A program made the position numbers and the translations under genes. From positions 7,982 through 71,981 of the forward strand of contig MQRK01222169.1 of the NCBI GenBank assembly GCA_001938485.1: 64,000 nucleotides of DNA, given 5' to 3'. Below the pieces are notes generated by a model. It did not search any database. It was given only the letters and a program-made list of their open reading frames with translations, and was not told the origin of the DNA. Shown in pieces: positions 56,601 to 64,000 of this stretch. Source of the DNA: Girardia tigrina. Its lineage: Eukaryota. Each line of letters opens with the position of its first letter. Position 1 is the stretch's first letter.

Positions 56601-59600
56601 AAAATAATGTGTTCGTTCACGAGTAGTTCAATTCGCTTTGCAGCGCCTGCGCAGAAACGACTTTGAACGGCTGTCAGAAGGAATCAATTCAAGATAGCGT
56701 ACACTGGTCGTCAGTAAAGGTTAAGCACAAATAAATACACACAGGCGCAGGGGCGTAAGTAGCTCCAGAATGAGTCGATAGTGGGCCGCATCCAAAAATT
56801 GAGTTGGCCGCAATGCGCTATTGGACATCGCTGGTTTAAATCCACTGTCAATGAAAATACAACCAGATTGAAAAAATAATAGATAAATTTTATAAAATGA
56901 ATGCTTCCACAAATATAATCTAAAATTCATTAAGAAGATAAGTAATATTGCCACAAAAAACGAAGTTTTAGAAGAATATGTCATAAATTAGTAAACTATG
57001 TTGCGTTAATATGAGACGAGGTTGAATAAGTATCTAAGGTTTACCATAAGTATGAAACATATATAGCAAATTTCATAAGCACCAAAATACATTTTTGATT
57101 TTCGTTTTTCTTAATTTTATCAAATTTTTAGAGAAAAAGTTTCAATAAAAATAAAATAATCTCAAATAATGTGAAATACATACATATACTTACGCTTCTT
57201 TCAGTAAGAATGATGCAGAAATACTGTCCAAAAGAAGAGGATCCCTAATTTGTTTACCTTCAAGAGTAAATGATGAGTCGTTGATTGCTTTAACTGTTAC
57301 ATTAAGCTTCTCATGTTTACCTGGAAACAATCAATAAGCATATTTTTTAATCGGTAAATTTACAAAAAGCCTTGTCTCCATTAGATATATTAATATTTTT
57401 TTCTTCTCGGTCTGATAATTTCTCTTCAGTTTGAACATTGAAATTTAGAAATGATATAATTTTTTCAGGACATAATTTTCTGTTTAAATTGAAGGACACT
57501 GAACCATGCAATATGGTGATATTCAACTGTTTAGCTAAATCTTTTTGGTTTGTAATTTCAACCAAATTCTCATTGAAATATATCTCAAAAACAATAGGTC
57601 GATTAATGTTATCCGATGTTATATTGGAACTAGATTCAATATGTTATAAAGATTAACCATAGTATAAGTTTTATTACAATAATAATTATTTTTAATAAAA
57701 ACGATTCTTACAATTAAATTTTTAGACAAGAGCTTCTGAGAAGGTTCAACGATCATTCCCATGGTTCAGACGTAGTACAAAAAACGTAATTAAAATTGTT
57801 GAAAAAGTCCAAAACTGATAGAATCAACTTAAGGAACACCCAAGTAAGTTATAATGTTTTTCAATGATAAGTGAAGATGCAAGATGCAAGGGGAAGATCG
57901 TTAGTCATTTACATCGCAATCTAACACGTTGCTGCAAAATTCTCAGTAATATATGTCCTATTCCTTCGAATGCTGATAAAATTGTTATTCCTGATCATTA
58001 GAAAAAGCGAATATTGACCAAGACTTCATTCTCTTTGATTCCACTTTCTGCATTAATAGCAGGATGTTTTTAAAATTTTTAAACAATATATCACTGGTTT
58101 AAGAATAAAACTTTACAAACTGCTCTTGCTCTTTTTTTAACTTTATACAATTCATTTACTAGTTCATGGACAATCGATTCCCTATATTTCTACAAAACAA
58201 ACTCAAGAAACATAAATTAAGCTATTTCAGACGGTTTCCGGACGTTTCCTTACATAACCTTTGCTCCCACGGATATTTGCTCACATAATAAATCAATGAG
58301 TTCTCATAACAATAGGTTTTGAACAATTAAATAAATTTTTACCAGTCGAAAACTTACTATTCTCAAATTATTTTGAAGGTTACTATATTGGAACCTTTCA
58401 ATGCCATGGACATGGGTTTTAAAATATAGAATATGTTTAAAAAAAACGGTTTTCATCATAGGCAGTCAAAAATCGGGGGGGTTTGTTAAAAGAGTTTTTT
58501 CTCTTGTTACCTTTTCTTTTAATGTTTCAATAAATTAATCTAAGCTGCATAAAAATCACTAAAATACATGGAAGCTATAACTCAAATACAAGCTAGGGAG
58601 TTTTTTGATAAATCAAACAACGATGCAGTTTGCGATATCAGTGAATTAAATATTGAATATTCATGAAATGATTTCAGTAATAGACAGGCACCGTAATGTA
58701 CCTTTGTCGCAAGGGATTTGTAATTTAAGCCTTCCCTCAAGACATATTTCAATGATTTAACCTCCCTCTTCGTCAAATGAAATTTATCAGATCATAATTT
58801 AAATATTCTTAGCGGACACTTGAAAGACAACATGTACACAAACAAAAAAAATAGATCAAAATATTATATTACATTGGATAATACTGGTTAAGAAATGATT
58901 AAAGGAAGAAAACATCGAAGAGTAAAAGTAAATAATTAAAATACCATATTATTAAGGATTTAAAGCATTTAAGAAGAGTATTTGCAGGAATATAAGTAGT
59001 ATCAAAGTCTTTTCAATGGCATCCATAGTTCAAAGCTTCCTATTACATAAATCGAAAACGATTTGTGATTTGCAGGTTAATATGAAATATATGGAGTTCG
59101 AGATTAAAATCAGATTAATTCATGATACATCTTTTTTATTAATACAACAACATAATAATTTTTAAACAAGTTTATGAGGAACAATATTTTCAATTTTTAA
59201 ATTTACATAAACCAAATATCAACATTTTAAATATAAATATAAATATATGCCAATTTTAATTTGGGAATAATTTGAATAATTTATTCGGAATTTTAAGTTT
59301 TTATATAAAATTGGAAAGTTGTGTTTTTTTTACAATTTTATCTTAAATTAAAAATTTTTAATTAATACTTTTCAACGGATTTACAAAATTTTCTTTTGTT
59401 TAATATTTTACAATTCCATTATTTGTATTTTAATTTAATCATCCATTTTAATTTATTTGTTGCATAATTCTTGATTTTTGAAAACTTTCGTGAAAACTTC
59501 ATTCTTGATTTTAAACTTAGCTTTAATAATTAATTTTTGATTTTGTTAAAAAAACTTAACTTTAATTATTTATTACAATTTAATTAGAAAAACCTTGCTT

Positions 59601-62600
59601 TTTTATATCAACTTAGATTTGAATTTTACACACTGCATTTTAATAAGATACTGGAGTTTATATATTTAGATGTTAAAAATTAAATATTCAAAAATTTCAA
59701 ATTGACCAGAAATCCTAACTGTCTATAAATTTAATTGTAACGGATGTAAAAAATCGTAAATTGGAGAGATAAATTATCATCCCAAAACCTGGATTCACCA
59801 TCAAGTCAATCGAGTAAGACTTGGTTTCATTGTAAAAATAGAATCTCTTCAATTTCAAAGGATTTGTTTTCTGTTTTACAGAATGACTTTGATTCACATT
59901 ATGAGATGTGTTTCGGTGAATCCTTATTGATAAGACAATATAACCAATTAATTAATATTCAAAATGGAAAAAAAGTAAGACTGTGTCAATTCCTTAAATA
60001 TTTAATTAAAATAAATAAAAATTTTGCTATGAATATCCCATAAAATCTTGAAAAATCTACAATTAATTAACATTTTATTATCATACATATTAAATTCTAA
60101 TTGCTGATGATAGAAAATAAAATTCCAAAACATATTCAATAATTTTTTTAAAAAAGCTTTAACAAAAGTATTTTTCAAAAAAAAATATTTAGAAATATGT
60201 GAATATTTACAAAAGGGAACTTTTAATGAATTGTTTAAATGATTAAATTAATTAAAAAGAATTTTGAACATGATTAGGGTGATTAATTTTGCTTTAGTAA
60301 AATAATTTGTGAATTTGTTGTTGTTAGGTTGGGAATTATCATCCATTCTAAATAAAAAAGAAATGAAGACTTGCAAAATTTTATTAATCTACAACAAGTT
60401 AAATTTGTAATTTAAACAAATTTTCATTTTTTTATTTTCTTTTTTTTATAATTCTATTTTCCATTATTTTTTTTAATTTCGATTATAATTCGAAATTTTT
60501 AAAAACCAAAATTCTTATTTCCGAAAATTAAAAAATTAACAACGACACTCTCTTACAGTTGTTTTTGAAATTTAAAAATTAAATATAGGATAAAACTTGA
60601 TTAGAATTCCGAAATTGTCTTTAAATGTTATTTGTATATATGAATATATATATTTCGTGAAAAAATAAAAATAAAGCGCGGCCTTTTTAAAAAAAAGATT
60701 TCGTCTTGACTCAGTGACTCGATAATGGAATGTTTGCTTAGGTTATGTCACCTATTAGAAATAATTTCAGAGTAAGTTTTATGTGGTAAAAGTGTTGAGT
60801 AAAACCGAAATTGTGTTCGGTCAACAACACAGTTATACAGGGTGCGGCAGCTATTTGAGAACAAAATGACATAAAGTTCAAAAAATGAATATACAACAGA
60901 AAAATAACATTTATTACAATTTAAAATTTTACATATATTAACACGTANNNNNNNNNNNNNNNNNNNNNNNNNNNNNNNNNNNNNNNNNNNNNNNNNNNNN
61001 NNNNNNNNNNNNNNNNNNNNNNNNNNNNNNNNNNNNNNNNNNNNNNNNNNNNNNNNNNNNNNNNNNNNNNNNNNNNNNNNNNNNNNNNNNNNNNNNNNNN
61101 NNNNNNNNNNNNNNNNNNNNNNNNNNNNNNNNNNNNNNNNNNNNNNNNNNNNNNNNNNNNNNNNNNNNNNNNNNNNNNNNNNNNNNNNNNNNNNNNNNNN
61201 NNNNNNNNNNNNNNNNNNNNNNNNNNNNNNNNNNNNNNNNNNNNNNNNNNNNNNNNNNNNNNNNNNNNNNNNNNNNNNNNNNNNNNNNNNNNNNNNNNNN
61301 NNNNNNNNNNNNNNNNNNNNNNNNNNNNNNNNNNNNNNNNNNNNNNNNNNNNNNNNNNNNNNNNNNNNNNNNNNNNNNNNNNNNNNNNNNNNNNNNNNNN
61401 NNNNNNNNNNNNNNNNNNNNNNNNNNNNNNNNNNNNNNNNNNNNNNNNNNNNNNNNNNNNNNNNNNNNNNNNNNNNNNNNNNNNNNNNNNNNNNNNNNNN
61501 NNNNNNNNNNNNNNNNNNNNNNNNNNNNNNNNNNNNNNNNNNNNNNNNNNNNNNNNNNNNNNNNNNNNNNNNNNNNNNNNNNNNNNNNNNNNNNNNNNNN
61601 NNNNNNNNNNNNNNNNNNNNNNNNNNNNNNNNNNNNNNNNNNNNNNNNNNNNNNNNNNNNNNNNNNNNNNNNNNNNNNNNNNNNNNNNNNNNNNNNNNNN
61701 NNNNNNNNNNNNNNNNNNNNNNNNNNNNNNNNNNNNNNNNNNNNNNNNNNNNNNNNNNNNNNNNNNNNNNNNNNNNNNNNNNNNNNNNNNNNNNNNNNNN
61801 NNNNNNNNNNNNNNNNNNNNNNNNNNNNNNNNNNNNNNNNNNNNNNNNNNNNNNNNNNNNNNNNNNNNNNNNNNNNNNNNNNNNNNNNNNNNGTAAGAGT
61901 AGCTTCTGCCATGTCTACCAGCAAAAATAAAATTATGTAATTATAACACACAAAAAGATATGGTGTCTATATTACGTGTTCTCAAATAGCTGCCGCACCC
62001 TGTATGTTGTCAGAAAAGCGAATATTAAACGCGCTTAGTTTTGCCTTTTTATGAAATTATATTCGACATTTCACGATCCACCTACTTGAAATTCGGTTTT
62101 CAAGTTTATGCCATATGGAAAACTGTTTAGATTGTTGTGGAAGAATCTCTATTTCATGAAGGTCACGACTTGGTAATCATTTCCATATCATTCTCTTTAT
62201 TTTTGGGTATCAAGATTGGGCTTCTACCATAAAAAATAAATGTAAGAAGGACACGCCTTTGGAATCTTTCTATAATTTGCTTCAATATCCAAGAAAAATT
62301 ACAACTATCTCAAAAAACTTTCGATAATCATCTTTTTGTTAACTTTACACTAGATAACTATTAGTAAACTCAAAAGTGATGTGTCTCATATGTCTTACCA
62401 CCTGGAATTTAGTTTCATCTGTCTTGATGGTTCTATATTTGCCATGAAAAACAATTTTCATACAAATATTATATTATAAGATATTTTATACTTAAAATGA
62501 ATTTACATATGGATAATTTTAATATAAAGCGACACTAACTGAATATCAAAATAATATTTCTTACCTTTTAGCCGAATTACCTTTTATTAAACGCAGAGAT

Positions 62601-62706
62601 TTAAGAAAATTAAGAGAAGTAATAGAGGAAGATCTGACAATTTTTATAGAATTTTCGATCACAGTTAATTTAGAGAATGCTTCTATCAGTCGATCCGATA
62701 AGAGAG
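226..62706 (-). CDS. InR: Insulin/IGF receptor-like tyrosine kinase, 5'-partial spliced gene (21 exons in window)
   Basis: Manually spliced GT-AG exons keep one frame: L2 ([12 protein letters not shown]...NRKLC...NGDKAFC), FnIII repeats ([45 protein letters not shown]), [64 protein letters not shown]. Confidence 0.95.
336..501 (-). CDS. InR: InR exon, kinase subdomain XI and start of tail
   Basis: [26 protein letters not shown]...SYYF; phase-2 acceptor matches the previous exon; donor position less certain. Confidence 0.85.
1059..2168. mobile_element. Non-autonomous TIR element (~48-bp TIRs), superfamily unassigned
   Basis: 1059-1106 gttggccgcttctattattctacacatttgaagtgttggctaccagat is inverted at 2121-2168. 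Confidence 0.65.
2866..5925 (-). mobile_element. hAT DNA transposon with decayed transposase
   Basis: TIRs CAGG(G/A)CCTTTTT...ACTGGGGGGGCAC; 8-bp TSD cttgaatt/cttggatt; CxxH motif WCAVHRI in ORF 4008-4208. Confidence 0.85.
5950..5987 (+). ncRNA. Minimal hammerhead ribozyme in Penelope pLTR (stem II degraded)
   Basis: TCAA-CTGACGA-T-stem II-GAAA-CATG-TT-TTGA; inverted copy at 2401-2438 has a good stem II but a CTGACTA core. Confidence 0.6.
6326..6783 (+). mobile_element. Solo LTR (TGTGAGG family)
   Basis: TGTGAGGAA...TTAATA; TSD ttaca/gtaca; similar to 12711-13119. Confidence 0.7.
7026..7166 (-). CDS. InR: InR exon, kinase IX-X
   Basis: [33 protein letters not shown]; AG/GT boundaries. Confidence 0.93.
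8480..8665 (-). CDS. InR: InR exon, catalytic and activation loops
   Basis: [47 protein letters not shown]. Confidence 0.97.
8904..11921 (-). mobile_element. Solo LTR split by a Chapaev-like insertion (8904-9156 and 11640-11921)
   Basis: Same family as 28716 and 40540 copies; TSD aattg on both sides. Confidence 0.85.
9157..11639 (-). mobile_element. Chapaev3-like (CMC/CACTA) transposon with frameshifted transposase
   Basis: TIR CACTACCCGACA...; 3-bp TSD TTA; motifs [36 protein letters not shown]. Confidence 0.88.
11972..12152 (-). CDS. InR: InR exon, kinase hinge to HR
   Basis: [23 protein letters not shown]...[17 protein letters not shown]. Confidence 0.95.
12672..14800 (-). mobile_element. 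Decayed hAT (Buster/Charlie-like) transposon
   Basis: End CAGTGCTTCCCAAC at 12672; fragments [12 protein letters not shown] and [24 protein letters not shown]; right boundary approximate. Confidence 0.75.
12711..13119 (-). mobile_element. Solo LTR nested in hAT end
   Basis: TGTGAGGAA...TTAATA on minus strand; TSD cgcca/ctcca. Confidence 0.7.
15925..16089 (-). CDS. InR: InR exon encoding kinase N-lobe insert
   Basis: 165-nt phase1-phase1 open exon behind a 46-nt intron; [16 protein letters not shown]...SFKSAIS; no homology support. Confidence 0.65.
16136..16295 (-). CDS. InR: InR exon, alphaC-beta4
   Basis: [38 protein letters not shown]...; alternative donor at 16180-16181. Confidence 0.9.
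16600..16636 (-). ncRNA. Minimal hammerhead ribozyme (Penelope pLTR)
   Basis: TGCA-CTGAAGA-T-GCC gaaat GGT-GAAA-CGCG-TA^TGCG; intact core, stems I and II pair. Confidence 0.8.
17298..17746 (-). mobile_element. Solo LTR inserted in Penelope ORF
   Basis: TGTGAGGAA...TTAATA; perfect TSD aatac. Confidence 0.8.
19719..19950 (-). CDS. InR: InR exon, juxtamembrane NPDY, Gly loop and VAVK
   Basis: [30 protein letters not shown]. Confidence 0.96.
20078..21362 (+). mobile_element. Full-length mariner (Hsmar1/cecropia-like), 1285 bp
   Basis: TIRs TTAGGTTGGTCGAAAAATAATGGCGGTTTT; TA at the right flank; transposase ORF. Confidence 0.95.
20266..21285 (+). CDS. Mariner DD34D transposase, 339 aa
   Basis: [34 protein letters not shown]. 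Confidence 0.93.
   Translation: MEKIKIRAIFLYKFKLGRKAAEIARNINKAFGKGTASERTVQRWFRKFSDGDENLEDEEGRGRPVDVNNDNLRTMEEIDPRTTIRELAEGLGVSHSIVLDHLKQLGKIKKLDKWVPHDLNENQKNRRYEICSANHLRNKNDPFLDRIVTCDEKWILYDNLRRSAQWLDKDEVPKHFSKPKLTSRKVMVTVWWCDAGIIHYSFLNPGETITEERYCHEIDEMHKKLKTLCPGLVNRKSRILLHDNARPHISKVTLQKLNELGYETLFHPPYLPDLSPTDFYFFRHLYNFLREKIFKNQNDAQNTCQEFVASRTDAFYADGIKQLVSRWQKCIDANGSYFD
21890..23185 (+). mobile_element. Decayed LINE (RTE-like) reverse transcriptase fragment
   Basis: [35 protein letters not shown], with stops and frameshifts. Confidence 0.8.
24626..24719 (-). CDS. InR: InR transmembrane exon
   Basis: [31 protein letters not shown]; phases 1/2 fit both neighbours. Confidence 0.9.
25229..27152 (+). 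mobile_element. Decayed hAT (SPIN/Buster-like) transposon
   Basis: Perfect 8-bp TSD ctctaaag; gcgggccgcggg subterminal motif; KEYNIKRHY and EVKWLSK remnants; contains a gap. Confidence 0.8.
28151..28715 (-). pseudogene. Degenerate 28S rRNA fragment
   Basis: Reverse complement resembles conserved LSU segments (TCCGCA.CAGGTCT.C.AGGTGA, CGAAAGGGAATC, GAAGAGTTCTCT, GAAGTGGAGAA, GTAGGTAAG.GAAGT.GGCAA) with many substitutions. Confidence 0.88.
28716..29186 (+). mobile_element. Solo LTR, TG...CA
   Basis: TGTGAGGAA...TTAACA; perfect TSD ccaat; AATAAA near the 3' end. Confidence 0.88.
29509..29764 (-). CDS. InR: InR exon, FnIII-3 C-half
   Basis: ECITRLEW...[17 protein letters not shown]...[11 protein letters not shown]. 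Confidence 0.92.
29808..29956 (-). CDS. InR: InR exon, FnIII-3 N-half
   Basis: DDID...[22 protein letters not shown]. Confidence 0.93.
31497..33020 (-). mobile_element. Decayed Gypsy pol fragment (RNase H, integrase) ending at PPT
   Basis: [57 protein letters not shown]; GGGGAG followed by TGTAA at ~31505. Confidence 0.85.
33190..33313. repeat. Isolated DNA-transposon terminus (Zator/Harbinger-like)
   Basis: Ends ...GTGACGTCATTTATGGACAGCCCCT; partner end not found. Confidence 0.4.
33962..34082 (-). CDS. InR: InR exon, FnIII-2 C-terminal strand
   Basis: ...[12 protein letters not shown], comparable to IR CSVAAYVSART; phases fit. Confidence 0.88.
34128..34258 (-). CDS. InR: InR exon, FnIII-2 (beta-chain part)
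   Basis: [20 protein letters not shown]. Confidence 0.92.
34337..34680 (-). mobile_element. Mini Penelope-like insertion with inverted pLTR
   Basis: Arms ~34337-34410 and ~34600-34680 are inverted; spacer encodes GIY-YIG end [22 protein letters not shown]. Confidence 0.8.
34379..34417 (-). ncRNA. Minimal hammerhead ribozyme (Penelope pLTR)
   Basis: GAC-CTGACGA-T-GACGGT tat ACCGTC-GAAA-TTAA-TT^GTC; perfect 6-bp stem II, 3-bp stem I. Confidence 0.85.
34765..35372. mobile_element. pogo/Tc1-like MITE interrupted by a solo LTR
   Basis: agttaaaccccgatataacgaac is inverted at gttcgttctatcggggtttaactg. Confidence 0.55.
34900..35336 (+). mobile_element. Solo LTR
   Basis: TGTGAGGGA...CTAATA; perfect TSD gttat. 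Confidence 0.75.
35925..37961 (+). mobile_element. 5'-truncated non-LTR retrotransposon with restriction-like endonuclease (NeSL/R5/R4-type)
   Basis: [46 protein letters not shown]; long 3' UTR, AATAAA and A-tail. Confidence 0.88.
38032..38162 (-). CDS. InR: InR exon, insert domain
   Basis: Open phase2-phase1 exon [11 protein letters not shown]...ENRSE with GTAAGT donor, needed to bridge the neighbouring phases. Confidence 0.75.
38780..40280 (+). mobile_element. Heavily decayed MULE transposase remnant
   Basis: [10 protein letters not shown] and [13 protein letters not shown] resemble MULE GCxFH and TNNxxExxH motifs. Confidence 0.55.
40540..41045 (+). mobile_element. Solo LTR
   Basis: TGTGAGGAA...TTAATA; perfect TSD tatgt; close to the 28716 copy. 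Confidence 0.88.
41340..42088 (+). mobile_element. Truncated Penelope-like element with inverted pLTR
   Basis: GIY-YIG ORF 41562-41942 ([18 protein letters not shown]); 41341-41430 inverts 42000-42088, and 41428-41508 inverts 41780-41860. Confidence 0.88.
42018..42054 (+). ncRNA. Minimal hammerhead ribozyme (Penelope pLTR)
   Basis: GC-CTGAAGA-T-TGTGGA aaa TCCACC-GAAA-TATA-TT^GC; inverted copy at 41375-41411 has GAAA mutated to AAAA. Confidence 0.7.
42115..42310 (-). CDS. InR: InR exon, insert domain with Cys cluster and alphaCT-like segment
   Basis: ...[12 protein letters not shown]...[13 protein letters not shown]; GTGAGT donor; phases 1/2 fit. Confidence 0.85.
42385..43970 (+). mobile_element. 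Decayed MULE transposon
   Basis: Subterminal agacactta repeats; [47 protein letters not shown]. Confidence 0.82.
44090..44330 (-). mobile_element. Short LINE RT fragment
   Basis: [10 protein letters not shown] and [10 protein letters not shown] motifs. Confidence 0.5.
45120..45284 (-). CDS. InR: InR exon, FnIII-2 N-part
   Basis: [38 protein letters not shown]...FDFC. Confidence 0.94.
45327..45481 (-). CDS. InR: InR exon, FnIII-1 C-part
   Basis: WRRVE...[14 protein letters not shown]...[10 protein letters not shown]. Confidence 0.94.
45629..49570 (-). mobile_element. MULE transposon with long repetitive TIRs, hosting a mariner
   Basis: TIR arrays aaaatatcgc/gcgatatttt; perfect TSD ctttgatc; [19 protein letters not shown] at 48441-48656; internal AT-rich tandem repeats at ~46010-46250. 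Confidence 0.85.
46620..47722 (-). mobile_element. Mariner copy (same family as 20078), disrupted, left end in gap
   Basis: TIR at 46620; split ORFs 46697-47362 and 47500-47709 closely match the 339-aa transposase. Confidence 0.93.
50773..51177. mobile_element. Tc1/pogo-type MITE
   Basis: TIRs CAGTCTACTCC...GGAGTAGACTG with TA flanks. Confidence 0.8.
51560..52132 (+). mobile_element. Internally deleted mariner (CGAGGGG-type TIR)
   Basis: TIRs CGAGGGGCGTTCCGAAAGTAAGTGGAAA; TA TSD; N-terminal [28 protein letters not shown]. Confidence 0.88.
52156..52882 (-). mobile_element. Non-autonomous Helitron
   Basis: 5' TC...3' CTAG inserted at A|T; GC hairpin before CTAG; ~40-bp tandem repeats at 52610-52790; central gap. 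Confidence 0.8.
53983..54033 (-). CDS. InR: InR 51-nt exon, FnIII-1 dimer-Cys loop
   Basis: (A)[16 protein letters not shown](K), comparable to IR [20 protein letters not shown]; phase 2/2. Confidence 0.88.
54320..56833 (-). mobile_element. hAT transposon, SPIN/Buster (GTF2IRD2-like) type, decayed
   Basis: TIRs CAG(G/C)GAT(A/G)TCCAA; TSD gtttaaac/gtttaaat; [32 protein letters not shown]. Confidence 0.92.
57194..57320 (-). CDS. InR: InR exon, FnIII-1 N-part
   Basis: (C)KHEKLNVTV...[15 protein letters not shown]; phases fit. Confidence 0.9.
57364..57629 (-). CDS. InR: InR exon, L2 C-part
   Basis: FEIYFNENL...[18 protein letters not shown]...[10 protein letters not shown](C). Confidence 0.93.
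58560..59980 (-). mobile_element. Highly decayed non-LTR fragments
   Basis: 59800-59980 resembles 49870-50050 and includes a CCHC-like remnant; assignment tentative. Confidence 0.3.
60838..62002. mobile_element. Tc1/mariner-type element, interior mostly assembly gap
   Basis: Perfect TIRs CAGGGTGCGGCAGCTATTTGAGAACA with TA flanks. Confidence 0.85.
62565..62706 (-). CDS. InR: InR exon, L2 N-part
   Basis: [37 protein letters not shown], comparable to IR L2. Confidence 0.93.
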
Positions 62707-63365
62707 CTAAATAAAATATTTTATTAATTGTTTTGTAACGGAGAATGAATAGGTTATCACCAAAATACATTATTTATTATATTTTGCTTATTATATTATT
62801 TATATTTTCTACCTCTAAAATTATAAATCGGCTGTCTGTTTTTTCGCCTATGGTCGAAAAAATTGATTTTCGCCAAAAATTTGAAAACCATTTTTTTTGC
62901 AAAAAATAAAAGAACCCGATTTGTCGACAAATGTGTTACAACTCCGATGTTAGACCAGAAATGTATAACAAAATTTTACGCAAAAAAATAGAAAAATTAT
63001 ATAAATTCCAAATAACACGTGACAACTTTTGTAATTGGGAATATTTAAGTTTTAAAATATCCAAGAGTAGAATTCAAAAACTTTTAAAAGTTTTTATTGT
63101 TAACTTATAAAAACAATAAATGAATAAAAGAAAAGAAATTAATACATTTAAGAAATATTAAAAAGAAAAGTATTAAAATAGATATATAATAAATTAATGA
63201 AATTTAAATATTTTAATTAAAATATATTTCTATAAGTTTAGAAACTTAAAGAATAGTTTATAATATAATTATAATATATATAATAATATGTGTCTAAGAA
63301 ATTTAATATAATAAAATTTAAATTCATTTTAAAATTTGATAAAATATCTTTATTTAATTAGATTA

Positions 63366-64000
63366 CAGTGCTCTCATGATTTAAGCAACTTCTGAAAACT
63401 AAAATTTGAAAAAAAGTTGCTTAAATCGAAAAAGTGCATTTTTATAATTTCAGTTTCATTTTAACGCAATTATCTCAGTTATTGTTTAAAACAATCATTT
63501 ATGTCATTTGTTGTAGTTTTATTAGTTTAATAGTACTAAAATTAAATAAAAATCTGAATCAAATTATGAAATATTATTATCATAATAAAAACTAAGTATT
63601 ATTCGGTCCTTCATTAACTTGGTATAGGAAAATTTCACAACATAATTTTTCATTATCAATTCATCAACAAAATCTTAATTTATTTCATAATTCATAACAA
63701 ACATAAAATTTAAATCAAACTTAAAAATACATATTACATGTGTAAATAAAAACTAGAACTTATTTTATTGGTATTTTTTTCAAAACTACTCTCTCTCTAC
63801 TTTTTTGAATCATTAGAATTTCATTCAATGGAAGATTATTATACATCGCCCCCCCATTCAATAGCTATGTTCAAGCTGTTAATAACGAGGTTAATATCTT
63901 GAAGCGAATTTTGATTTTCTATTGACACTTTGTTCTGAATTCCATTTGAGTCTTCATCATCATTATCAATACAATGAAGACCAGCATCCATTCCGATGTC
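63366..64000. mobile_element. Left end of a pogo/Tigger-like element running off the window
   Basis: TA-CAGTG start with internal inverted gatttaagcaac/gttgcttaaatc. Confidence 0.4.

Noticed and set aside
30301-61951. Long ORFs containing X runs (30301, 47591, 52054, 60938 and others)
   Set aside because: Artefacts of translating through N gaps

Overview
Very AT-rich eukaryotic DNA with several assembly gaps. The 42-56 nt minimal introns and the transposon repertoire suggest a planarian or other flatworm, but the taxon is an inference. Almost the whole window (226-62706, minus strand) is the 3' part of one insulin/IGF-receptor-family tyrosine kinase gene. I could splice 21 GT-AG exons into one open frame: L2 domain, three FnIII domains with insert, TM helix, NPDY motif, kinase and a short tail. 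The 5' exons lie beyond the right edge. The large introns are packed with often nested mobile elements: Penelope-like retroelements with minimal hammerhead ribozymes, seven related solo LTRs, a Gypsy fragment, hAT, Chapaev3-like CACTA, mariner, MULE, Helitron, RLE- and RTE-type LINEs, MITEs and a decayed 28S rRNA fragment. Main observations: (1) an ~70-aa, potentially spliceable insert in the kinase N-lobe; (2) no canonical furin site; (3) hammerheads from four Penelope families, each with a different palindromic stem III, two of them intact on the receptor pre-mRNA strand; (4) solo LTRs that mostly end in TA rather than CA.
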